From Antedon mediterranea (lineage: Eukaryota > Animalia > Echinodermata), in assembly GCF_964355755.1 (NCBI RefSeq), contig NC_092675.1, positions 17,208,912 to 17,272,911 of the forward strand: 64,000 bases of DNA, in the 5' to 3' direction. The position numbers and the translations under genes are program-made. Below the pieces are notes generated by a model. It had not been told where the DNA came from. It did not search any database and saw only the letters and a list, made by a program, of their open reading frames with translations. Numbering within the stretch: the first letter of the stretch is position 1; each line of letters begins with the position of its first letter. Shown here in pieces: positions 9,591 through 21,050 of the stretch.

Positions 9591-12500
9591 CATAGATCGG
9601 CATGCCATAGACAATTTCAATTTAAAATTTATATTAATCAAACAGGTTATGCAGGCTGTTCAAGAAGTGAACACATAATCGTCCTCTTAAAATAACCAAG
9701 TTTATCAATAAAAATATCAATATGATTGCTATTTAGGTTATTAAATGTATATGGTAGTCTATGAAAAATTCCCCTCTTAGTACAGTCGACACGGCTAAAA
9801 GGAATATGCAATAAATGTCTATTTCGTGTACGACCAGGGACATTTAAACTAAATTGTGACATTAATAAACAGTCATATTTAGAATTTAAAATATTATATA
9901 AAAAAACCATATCAGATATCGTTCGACGATTGCTGACAGAATCAATGGAAAAGGCAAAATTAACACAGTTATAAGACAGGAATCGTACAAACTTCCGTTG
10001 AACAGTGTCGATTCGACGGGCCTGACATGGAGAAATTGAATTGAAAATTACGGAACAATATTCAAGGTGAGGACGTATAATAGATTTGTATAAAGATAAA
10101 AGTGCCCTGCCGTCGTTCATAAACCTACAATTTCTCCATATCAAGCCCATCATTCTATTAGCTTTTGACAACACATGATTAATATGTGAACAAAAATTTA
10201 ATTTACTATCAATAAAAATACCTAAATCTTTCTGTACATAAACCATCTCAAGATCATGTCCATTCAAATTATAATTGAAGAGCACAGGCCTTTTTTTAAG
10301 TGTTATAGATAAATATTTGCATTTATTAGCATTAAGTTTTAGCCCCCACTTCTCCGTCCATTCCACGAGACCATCCAGATCCTCCTGAAGTGAAAAAGCA
10401 TCCTGTGGAGTGGTACCGGTAATCACTTTAAACAATTTCAGATCGTCAGCAAATAAAAGAGATTCGGAATGATTAAATTTTAAAGGAAGATCGTTGATAA
10501 ATAAATTAAACAAAAGCGGGCCCAGGATCGAGCCCTGCGGAACGCCCGATAACACAGGGAGCCAATCATATGTCTCTCCTCCAATGACAACACGCTGTTG
10601 TCTATTAGTTAAATAGCTTTTAAACCAACTTAAAAGTGAACCGGATAAACCAAATTTTGAAATTTTAAAAATAAGCAAATTATGAGAAACGGAATCAAAA
10701 GCCTTAGAGAAATCAGTGTAAATCACATCGCACTGCTTCTTGCTGTTAATTGCATCGTATGATGTAGCAAGAAGCAGTGCGAGGTTGGTTTGACATGATC
10801 TCCCAGAGACAAATCCATGCTGCCTAGGACTTAAAGCATTAGCAACATGTGATGACAAACCATCATGCACAATGCGCTCAAAAATCTTAGACATAGTAGG
10901 CAATAACGAAATAGGACGATATTTACAGATTTTACTAATACAGTATTAAAACAAAACTCCGTCTGGAACCCAGACTAAATTTCCAGTAAGCCTAATAGGC
11001 CTAATACCGTATATCTCTCCGATCCCTCCCATGTCTCGTGGTGCGGGGCCCTTCTGAATCGCTTGGCTCTGGTGATACATCATGTTAGCTCCATTTTAAA
11101 CGCCTATTTTAAAACAGCCATTTTAACCCAATACAAATGTTATTTCATTAAACAATATAATAGACAAAATTCCACGTTTAAGTGTAATTTGAAGTGTATA
11201 TTTAAGGATGGTTGGCAGCCGTCTGTCTCGAGAGACAATATATTTAAGGATATACAGTATATATACATTATTTCTAGTCGTTCTCCGTAAACGGGAAAAT
11301 GGCAACTTTATCGTTCTTAAGAAGTTAAGACGACGAATTTTACGCTAAGCTCGGCCCACTTTGGTAAAGCTCATGCATAAATTATTCATGAGCACCGTCC
11401 TATGACCTTCCGCCGCGTTTCGTAAAGCCCCTAATAAATATAAATCAACAGACCATGTTGATTGATTTTTAAGAAAATTTATATATTGGTGAGTGAGTTT
11501 ATGTACCTTCAATATTAGTCAGGTGGCTTAACAATGGGCCGAAATATTAAATAGTACGCCCTCTGTCACTCCGTACATATTTTGTTTTATATTTCTCTCT
11601 GCATTGAGTTCAACTTGAGTATAACTATTACTGTAACCAGGAAGGTACAAAAATAATATTTTTATACCTCCCTGCTGTAACATAATTACTTTTTATTACC
11701 TTTACTCTTTATAATAATTTAACATGTCATGAAAATCACTTAATGTAAACTTTGTTTCACATAGTATCCACCATTTGGCAAAGGGTTAAAACAGCGAAAT
11801 AGATCTAGGTTGGCTTGTAGGATACTACGTAAGTTTGGACGGGATTGTATTATGAAGAGGTTAGAAAATTCTAAGAACAATGATGAAACTCCAAACGATT
11901 TATTGCACTACATATTACAGGAGTACACAATGGATGAGTCGTTGTTTTCACCTGACTGGTTTGAAAACATTGTCGATGAATTCGTAACGTTTTTTGTTGC
12001 AGGTAATGTTTTCATTTTCTTGATCTCTTGTTTTTAATTTGATTAGGCCTAGGCCTAGAAATTATTCTTGTGTCCATTCAAACTGTAAAAATTAGAGGAT
12101 TTTATTTGATCATAATTAAGTATGTAATTATATTTGTCACGTGACGCAGAGTCTGTTGTACTGAGGCAAATATACAGTAATTAAATCGTTGCAATAGAAA
12201 ATCCTTTTTTTAAGAAATAAACGGAAAAACATCGAACTTCTTTTAGTTTTTCTTTGTACAGGTAATGAAACCACGTCAAGTTTGTTATCGTTTACGTTAA
12301 TATTACTTGGAAGGCACCCGGATGTTCAGAGAAAGTATGAATGATTAATTGCTATAGCTCTTTCTTATTTCATAAATAATTCATAAATGATAAATCTTAA
12401 GTTCTTCAAATTGTGTTCCCATTTATTCTGCAGAGTTCAACTTGAAATCGACGAAGTCATAGATGGGAAAAAGGATATCGAATATCACGATTTGTTAAAA

Positions 12501-14611
12501 CTTAAATATTTATCAATGGTAATGTATTGGATTATAATTAGCTCAAAGTTTATGTGTAGCTAGAAAGCCGGCCCTGGCCTCTATCCGTTTCGATTATTCC
12601 TCTTCCTTCATCCTCTATTTACCTTTATTTGTAAACAGCTCTTTACCGATAATGTTATTCAGTGACCGAGACATCCTGGGCTTTTAGGGTTTTTTTTTTA
12701 CTCTGCATTCGAACCAATTCATTTGGAAGGATCCGGGATTGGTTAGTGTGCCTTTAATTAATCATATTTTTTAATTAGTTTGTATATTTTGTGCTACAGG
12801 TATTCAAAGAAGTTTTAAGAATTCATCCACCTGTTCACAGTTCCATTAGAAAATTATCTTCAGAATTAACGTTAAATGGTTTTAAGTTTGCCAAAGGAAC
12901 ATTGGTGCAGGTAAAGTGGTTTAGAATATTATTTTTACTACTATTTGCTATACTTTATTGATAATCATATACAGTTACATTTTAATTGTATATTCTTATA
13001 TGTTTATCGTGAAATCAGGACGTTTTATAGGCCTACTGTAATGGCATTTGATATATATAAATAGTGCTTTTCATATTACCAAATGTATATATTTTTGTAT
13101 AAAAGAATTACTGACTCATTGAGTCATAGCATAGGTCGCTTTTGTTTTTTCTGACCTGCTTTTATTGTTGTTTTTTGGGGTCAAATCAGGGTACCTTTAA
13201 AACCTTTTTTCGCGTTTTTTTTCTTTGTGATAATATATGTTTTTTCCTAAAGGGCCTTACGACTACAGACAATTATTTGTCTCTGTAAAATCCCTGTAAT
13301 GTTGATATTTATATTGCTGAATAAATGTGAATTGAATCTTAAAAAGATGAAATACACTTCTACTTAGTTTCATTGCTGTGTTGTATTGCCTTGTAGTATT
13401 ATTATATATTTGATACATATTTTCACAGTTCCCCCATTCGTTAATTTCAAGACTTGAAAAGTACTATAAGAATCCGTTGGAATTCCATCCTGAAAGATGG
13501 ACAGATAGCAAGTTGACGGAAAGTAACAAGTAATTCCTCTTTTTTTTTTTTAAATATAAAATACCACATCATTTGAAAAGATTTTTTAATTTGGATTTGA
13601 ATCCGGTTTAAGTTGCTTTCACATTTGGATGGTCTGGTGCCCTGAGGAAATATAATTAATATTAATGATAATAATAATAATAATAATGATAGTGATAGTA
13701 ATAATGATTCTGATTATTATTCATGGTATCTTTTATTTCCAAAAACATTAAATACAAAATATCGCAAGCATTGAGCGTGCTTTCACATCACACTCGGATT
13801 TGGTCCGGCACCCTGAGGAAATATAATTAATACTAATAATAATATAATTATATATTAAACACAGTGGCAGCAGCCAAAAGAAAGTATCGCAAGCAATTGA
13901 GTGTGCTTTCACATCGAGCACGAATTCACGTACGCTCACTGTTTATTTGTCAATATTATATTTCAGAAAATAAATGGCTTCGAATTCAGAATTCGAATCA
14001 TGTACGGATTCAAATCGTACGAATTTGGTGTGTATGCTTTACGGTACTACTGAACCCATCTTCTACGATATTTTTCTCAGGACAACACCGAACCGAATGC
14101 GAACGCGATGTGAACGCTTGTTATGCCTTTTTCCCATTCTCACAGTACAGATTCGTTCATCTTCACCGTGGTTTGATGAATAATTAATTTGTCCTTTTTT
14201 TTCAATAGTTTTAATTATCAGTATTTTCCATTTTCTGCTGGTCCTCGGATATGCATTGGTAAAGATTTCGCTCTTGTAAGTATTCGTAATAACCATTTAG
14301 GCCTATACAGTACTATCGGTACCTTACCTTCTTTTATTCTGTGTAGCTTCCAAATTAATTTATAAATACTGCTTCTCCTTCGGGAGTTATTTTTAAAAAA
14401 TGAATAAATATAACTATTGCTTAGATTGAACTAAATTGTAATGTTTATTTTGAATTACCTTACCATTTTTCAGATTGAAGCTCGCATTATCACGGCCAGA
14501 CTAATAGGAAGGTTCAATATTCGTCTGGAGAAATATGACGTCGACGGCGTTACAGTGGGTGGGACAACGCGGCCAAAAGATTGTCTAGTGACCCTCACTG
14601 CTCGTCAATAA
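5754..14611 (+). CDS. CYP46A1: Cytochrome P450, cholesterol 24-hydroxylase-like (CYP46A1-like), multi-exon, first coding exon not in window
   Basis: GT-AG exons with consistent phase: 5754-5813, 7102-7183, 7551-7705, 8032-8170, 8355-8468, 11765-12002, 12262-12334, 12434-12518, 12800-12910, 13429-13529, 14209-14275, 14474-14611 (TAA); 1363 nt, ~453 aa. Motifs: FGERFLG, FVTFFVAGNETT (I-helix), EVLR (ExxR), FHPERW, YFPFSAGPRICIG (heme Cys). FGERF.G, ADGK and FVTFF.AG segments resemble CYP46A1; symbol is family-level similarity, not proven orthology. Confidence 0.9.
7763..7888. mobile_element. Small palindromic MITE-like element with internal CTAAGACC repeats
   Basis: GGGTGTCACGAAACCTAAGACCACGAAAGCTAAGACC ... 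GGTCTTAGCTTTCGTGGTCTTAGGTTTTGTGACACCC long inverted arms in a CYP intron. Confidence 0.65.
8936..9096 (-). mobile_element. Penelope-like element terminal fragment carrying a minimal hammerhead ribozyme core
   Basis: Reverse complement of 9096-9066 reads CTGATGA-AGGGC-TAGTGTT-GCCC-GAAA-GCTC: CUGAUGA core, stem II, GAAA, palindromic AGCU + C; followed by a U-rich tract ending in (TA)n at 8910-8935. Confidence 0.65.
9095..9268. repeat. 76-bp inverted repeat (9095-9170 / 9193-9268), 22-nt loop, 2 mismatches
   Basis: Direct base comparison of the two arms. Confidence 0.92.
9193..9556 (+). mobile_element. (TA)n-flanked repeat with internal tRNA-like cloverleaf (9371-9442)
   Basis: GCCCCAG-TGGTCTAATGGTTAGGAC-A-TCTGC-ATATCAA-GCAGG-CGGT-CCGAG-TTCGAGT-CTCGG-TTGGGAC then ACTTTTT; A and B boxes present; further copies on - strand at 34371-34533, 34545-34703 and degenerate at ~42770-42877. 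Confidence 0.75.
9590..10935 (-). mobile_element. 5'-truncated CR1/L2/Jockey-group LINE (RT ORF 9647-10903 open)
   Basis: ORF track 418 aa: QHGF, YTDFSKAFDSV, SGVPQGSILGPLLF, LLFADDLK, LYKSIIRPHLEY; YRPISLL immediately upstream; no endonuclease domain. Confidence 0.9.
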
Positions 14612-14919
14612 ACGAACTAGTAGCTGTAGTGAAAAATGCATTAGGGTTTTCAGAAAACCAACGTTTAACATTAATCATTAAAATAGAAGCTACTCAGTGA
14701 GCAGCGTTTCATATATAAGCTGAACACTTATTTAAATTGTTAATACATAACAAATTAAAGTTAAGAGCGACTATAGGTTTGATTTATCTACAAAGTACTG
14801 TAGGCCTACACGTAATATACACATTTATATAACACCTAAATAAATTCCTATAATTTTATTGGACGATTGTGGGCCACATGGCGTACAATAGTAATATTAA
14901 TCGATCGTTACTTTAATAG

Positions 14920-17525
14920 TACTTTTTCGTGTTGCTGTCAAAAATTATATAAAAAAGGGTATTACATTTCTGAAGATAACTCATTCTGAATTCATGTGGT
15001 GTAAACTAGATAAAACATATTTCGGTTTAAAAGACGACTTATATATTTGTAACGTTTATGTAAGTCCCAGTGGAACTACATACAGTCAGCGAAGAGAAGA
15101 TATCTTCACTCTCTTGGAAGCTGACCTATGTCGTTTCACTAAAATAGGGTATTGTCTTCTTGCCGGAGATTTTAATGGCAGAACCGGTTTAGAGGCAGAT
15201 TACGTGATCGATAATTCAAATAATTATATAAGTCTCCCTCTTGACTATATAAATGATGAATCATTGATAAGAAGAAATCTAGATATCAAGCAACCTGATA
15301 TAGGCCTACATGGAAAATGTATTATTGAACTATGTAAGAATAGTGGTTTAAGAATAATTAACGGTAGAAAACTAGGTGATCTCTCTGGGTCATACACATG
15401 CTTTAAACCAGGGTGCAGGCCTAGTTCCATTGATTACATGCTATGTGATATTAATATGCTTAAACTTGTATCTTTCTTTAAAATTCACTCACCATTACCC
15501 TTTTCAATACATTGTATAATATCATGTGTTATTAACATTGAAAATTGTATTGATGTGAATTATGGTGATGAAGAAAGCATCCTTGATGTACTGCCTAGAC
15601 AATTCAAATGGTGTGATAATTCCGAAACCCGTTGTTGTTATTGTTGTTGTTGTTGAAGTCCAATCCGAAATCGAAACGTTACAAAATAAGTTAACAAGCG
15701 GGAACTTTACTATCGATGAATGTGTAAACTCTACTCAGAATGTGTTTACCACGATAGCAAATATAGCCGGACTGCGGCCTAAAAATACGAACAGAAAATC
15801 TAATAAAAATAGAAAAAATAAAAAGATAAATAAAAATAAAAAATGGTTTGATAAAGATTGTGATACACTTTATCGTAACATCAGGTCCGTTGCAAAAAAA
15901 ATTAAAGACACATAATTATGACATGAAAGAAATACATAGATACAATAAATTAAAAAAAGAGTATAAAAAACTTCTGAACATTAAGAAAAACAATTTTAGA
16001 AATGTACTGTTTGATAAGTTAAATAATCTTGAAAAGAATAACCCAAAAGCTCTATGGGAGGTATTTAACGAATTAAATGAAAAGAACTCAAATAATCTAC
16101 ATAATCCCGTTAATCCAAAGATTTGGTTAGATCATTTTACGAAATTAATGAATAAACATATCCCTCATTAAAATAAATACTTTGAAAACTTTATTAACAA
16201 TTTTAACCTTGATAGCAATGTCCAGGTTGTTAACGAACTTAATAAAGATATCACTTCTCTAGAAATTGCTATAGCGTCAAACAAATTAAAGAAAGGCAAG
16301 TCAGCTGGAATTGACGGTATAAGAAACGAAATGATAAAATTAAGCATAAATCCATTTATAAAGTGTATAACCTCTTTTAACAATATTTTAAAATCGGGTA
16401 TTTTCCCATCAATTTGGCGGATGAGTACACTCACTGTTATACATAAAAAAGGTGATAAATCGATACCTAAAAACTATAGAGGAATTGCAGTAGGAAGTAA
16501 GTTATGTAAACTTTTCTGCATTGTTCTTCACAATAGACTTACTACCGGTACCTTAACTGACGAAAATCAATTAATCACAAAAAAACAAATTGGCTTTAAA
16601 AAGGGTTCACGAACAAGTGACCACATTTTATTCCACAGCTATTGATAAGTACATCAACCGCGCTAGTAAAAAGTCCTATCTTTTCGTTTGTTTCATCGAC
16701 TTTTCTGCCGCATTTGATACTGTATGGCGAAAAGCGTTACTTTTTAAACTCTTTAAAATTGGTGTCCGTGGTAATTTTTTGAATATTGTACAGAATATGT
16801 ATTCGGATGTATCATTTTGTTTAAAATTGAACGGAATGATTACAAAACCATTTGAATCTACTGTAGGTGTTAAGCAGGGATGCATTCTTAGCCCACTTTT
16901 GTTTAACATTTGCATTAGTGATTTAACCGCCATTTTTGATGAGAGACATGTGATCCAGTATGTATCAATGATAAATCATTGAATTGCCTACTATACGCTG
17001 ACGATCTGGTTATTATGTCAGAGAGTCAAACTGGTTTACAAAATGCTTTAAACAAATTATGCAATTATTGTGTTAAATGGAAACTGACCGGTAATGTTGA
17101 TAAAACAAAAACCATAATATTTAATAAGAGTGGAAAAGTTCTAAATTATAAATTTTATTTCAGGACCGTTAACGTAGAAATCACAAATGAATACAGTTAT
17201 CTTGGTATAACGTTCATCCCATCTGGTTTTTTAACATAGCAATGAATAAATTAAAAGACAAAGCCCTTAAAAGTTTTTTCAGAATTAGAAATACTTTGTC
17301 GTTCGCATCCGTCAATAGGGCATTTCAACTGTCAAGAAGTTTAATTAATCCTATTGTGAGTTACGGAAGTGAAGTATGGGCTTCTTATTTATTAAGAAAT
17401 TTAAAATGAAAATAATTTTATCGATCAATGTGATAAATATTCTGGAGAATCGATTAATATTAAAATATGCAAAAATATGCTTGGAGTAAACAAAAAAGCA
17501 TCCAACCATGCTATTAGAGGAGAAT
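14920..17525 (+). mobile_element. Degraded non-LTR retrotransposon (APE endonuclease + RT; RTE-X-like), frameshifted
   Basis: Overlapping ORF fragments 14994-17239: GDFNGRTG, SIDY, KWFDKDC, NYRGIAV, FIDFSAAFDTVWR, GVKQGCILSPLLFN, LLYADDL in changing frames. Confidence 0.85.
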
Positions 17526-17773
17526 TTCACCTTTTAGGGAGTCACCAAACATGTTATTACACTAGGTTAAACTACCTAACTACTAAAAAAAAGACTTCCT
17601 GGTTTTTATGACAGAATTTTGCCAAATTTTGTATTTGACCATATTAAGGAAAATTCATGTTTTTTCGTCTTGATTTCTGTTACAGATATTTTATTTATGT
17701 ACAATTAACCAGATATTATATTTAAAATTCATGCCTGTACCTGAGCCTTAAGTAGTGTCGGGGTTATATCAAA

Positions 17774-18720
17774 GTGATTGTATGTAACGCACTGAATTAC
17801 TCATACTCCCTTCAAAGATTATCTCAAACAAGAGGTATAATAAACTTAATATTCACAAAAGGGCAAAGAGAGAGTCTTGATACTTGGATACCCATAACTG
17901 TATTAAACGTAGATTATAAGATAATGACACATGTTCTATGTAATAGATTACACCAAATAGTAGGATCTATAATTGATCATGACCAAAAAGGATATAGGCT
18001 ATACATGGCAGGTTTGGAGGTGAAAACGTAAAATTAGTAATAGAGTTAATGGCAGTAAATGTAAGAGTAACCCTCAATGCACAGCAGGTATTGCACCACC
18101 GAGCATAGAAAAAAATGACAATAAAATAGTTGTAACTATTAAAAGTTAAAAGATTGCTCAACTAGCCGATGACACGGTAATTATTACACAAGATGGAAAT
18201 AATCTGAAACACTTTTTAAAATAAAGTTGATATGTTCTGTGTAAGGTGTCTTTAGACAAATATAAACAAAATATGTGTGTCAAATAAAACAGTTGTACCG
18301 TGTAACATAATATGGACAATTGAACCAGTAGGCTAATATCTTTGGGAATTTATGTAGGCTACAATAAAGATAAATGTAATGAACTGGGACAATAAAAGTG
18401 TTAATCTAGAAAATGTATCCTCACATTCTTTGGTAAATTACAATCATTAAGACACTTCATTTCAAAAAATTGTATATAATGCAAATATAATAAATGTTCC
18501 ACCCTACGTCTATCCCAAAGTATAAATAATAATATATACGGTAGTTTTCTTTGGGGAAGAAAAAATAAATATTTAAAAGAACAACACTCATCAAGCAAGT
18601 GTGTGAAGGTGGTCTTAATATTATTCATTTTAAGGCAATATCATCATATTTAAAGTTAAGTTGGATTAAAAGGCTTCTAAGTCCAGACCCCGGTAAATGG
18701 AAGTGCATATCCATTCTATT
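17774..18720 (+). mobile_element. Highly degraded L1/Tx1 ORF2 fragment
   Basis: GIINLIFTKG...WIPITVLNVDYKIMTHVLCNRL...DQKGY resembles Tx1 RT N-terminal motifs; QLADDT-like remnant ~18158-18177; many stops. Confidence 0.7.
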
Positions 18721-18881
18721 AAATGTATCCCATTGAATATACTGACCATATATTGACCAATCAATTGCGTTGATTCTGCCGGAATCCTAACCACTTTGTA
18801 GTAAATAATTCAAAGTTATTCAAACGATGAGATCGATGGTCATAAATGTAATAACGATATTTGATCAGTGAAGTTACGGTA

Positions 18882-18999
18882 TTTTTAGTCGCGTGCAAAA
18901 ACGCGACTCTACAGCTCACTATGTCGGTCGGTTGGTCGGTAAACACTAACTCAAGTTTGAGCACGCGACTGCAGCCATGTATGCCTATATGGCCTTGTT
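18882..18999 (+). mobile_element. Mini Helentron-associated (DINE-1/HINE-type) non-autonomous element
   Basis: TTTTTAGTCGCGTG sub-TIR, adjacent inverted ACGCGACT, (GTCG)n microsatellite, 3' CACGCGACT, stem-loop GCCAT..ATGGC, terminal CTTGTT: DINE-1-type layout. Confidence 0.75.
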
Positions 19000-21050
19000 G
19001 ATATTGTTTCTAGTGCGCATTATTTTAAATGTATTATAATACTGTAAAATAAATAATAAAATTAATATTATGATGTTAACATGTTACGCTGACCTTCAAG
19101 GATTTTCCACTACACAGTTGCATTTATAGGGCTTCAATATTCATTTTGAGACAATAAACTACTATTTATCAGAATCAGAGAATTTCAATTCATCCACAGG
19201 GTTGGGCATAGGCAGATCCAGATGGCCCAGCCCACGCACCCCATCCCCCACATTTAATTTCGACAATGCAAAAGTAGGTCAACTTCACCATTTCAATTCA
19301 CAATTTCTAGGACTCTGGCCATTTATTGATCCCCATCTATTTCTATGATTTTGGATTCGCCACTATGTGTTTGTCTTTTCATTGTCAAGTTCTGCGAATA
19401 CCGTATGTTTCAAATGTTTCAATGCTCAGATCTATAATCTTGGTCAATAATGCTTTAGATTTTTACTTTTATTGGCTAATAAAAACTGGAATCTACAACT
19501 AACTACACAGACAGACCATATACGAGTCTCGTAGATAGTTTTCCTGTGGATAGTGTAGTACAATTTTGTTTTCTGAAGAGAAAGAAAACCTGTTTATAAT
19601 AAGGTCCATCTTTCCCAAGTTGCATATATACTGTTCAAAGGTAGCAGTATATGTCAGGAAAGAATAAACTCATCTGATTCTCTTCTTCATGCGTCTATCT
19701 AACGAACCTAAGATATATTCATTTTAATTTAAGCATACATAGTATTGGAAAACAATAGAGTATTAAGATAAAATGAATGGGACATCAAAAATGATTATTG
19801 GCAGTGGCAGTGTCGGAGACTAATCGAACCAAGTCAATGTCAACTAATATAAAAAAGCGATGATTGGAATGATTGTGTTCACTTTAAATGATTATGTCTC
19901 TTCCTTTTTTCGAAAGAGAAATCGGAAATCAATCCTGGTGGTCAAATCCTTGTGGTCACATGTAGAGATAATCTACGGTAGTTCTTTTTTGAATAACTAG
20001 ACCAAATGACCAAAACCTTCACAGAATACTGTCTGGAAGTTGTGAAACATATGCGCTCTACAACAAAAGTTGCAAGAGTATGTCTTTTCAGACATGGGAT
20101 CCAGATTTCATTGAGGTTGATATGTACATATTCTGGACGTACTAGTTGAACTATGAACTAAGTTCTGATTGCAATGGGGATGAAAAAAGTGATAACCAAT
20201 GATATAGTAAGATTTGTTAGACGCTTCCACCACATTATTTAAATATTAAAGTGTAAATTAAAATTAAGTAAAATTGTAATTGATTACTGAAAATATGGTC
20301 AGGTGTTATATGGTAATCACGGACTTGCATATTGTAAAAGGGCATTATTCATAATATTATATGCGGATGTGAGGATCAGATTGGAATTAGAATATTGCAG
20401 CAAAATTTTAGTTAACAAGTTTTGAGAAGCTGTTTGAATAGGCATACACACCCAATTTGAAGAAACATCTAAAATTGTTTAAAAATAAGACTTTATTATA
20501 ACAAATGTAATAGTTGGCCAAGTTAATAACGTAGCGATATTTATTTCACTCACGGCAGGGGTTAGTGTGTACCATGTTTGTAAACAATAAGTTAAGTAAA
20601 GAAAGTACGATTGTCACTTGTACTTAAAGGAGTTTAAGTAAATCATGACTTTGCAAACTTATCAAGATCATTCCATTTAGGCCTACATCAATATTAGCCT
20701 ATTTATATCACAATGTAGGCATATAACATCGTCAATAACTACTTTAAATAGTAAACTATAGTATTTCCCATATTGCATTTCAATTTTACTATCGTATGTC
20801 ACACATACTATTATATCAATATTTCCTTTTTTAACTAAAATTTGATTTTTTAAAAAGATACAAAGTACAGAGTAAAATATACATCCCTCTTTTAAAATGG
20901 ACGCGTTTGTTAATATCAATCGATAGATTGATACCGTTTCAGAAGCTTAGTTGAAGCTGATGAATTAGACTGAGCGAAGAATTTCAGAAAGTTTTGTTTA
21001 TCAGTTTCCTAATATACTACAGTATAGTCTACAATTTTGGAATAAAAAAA

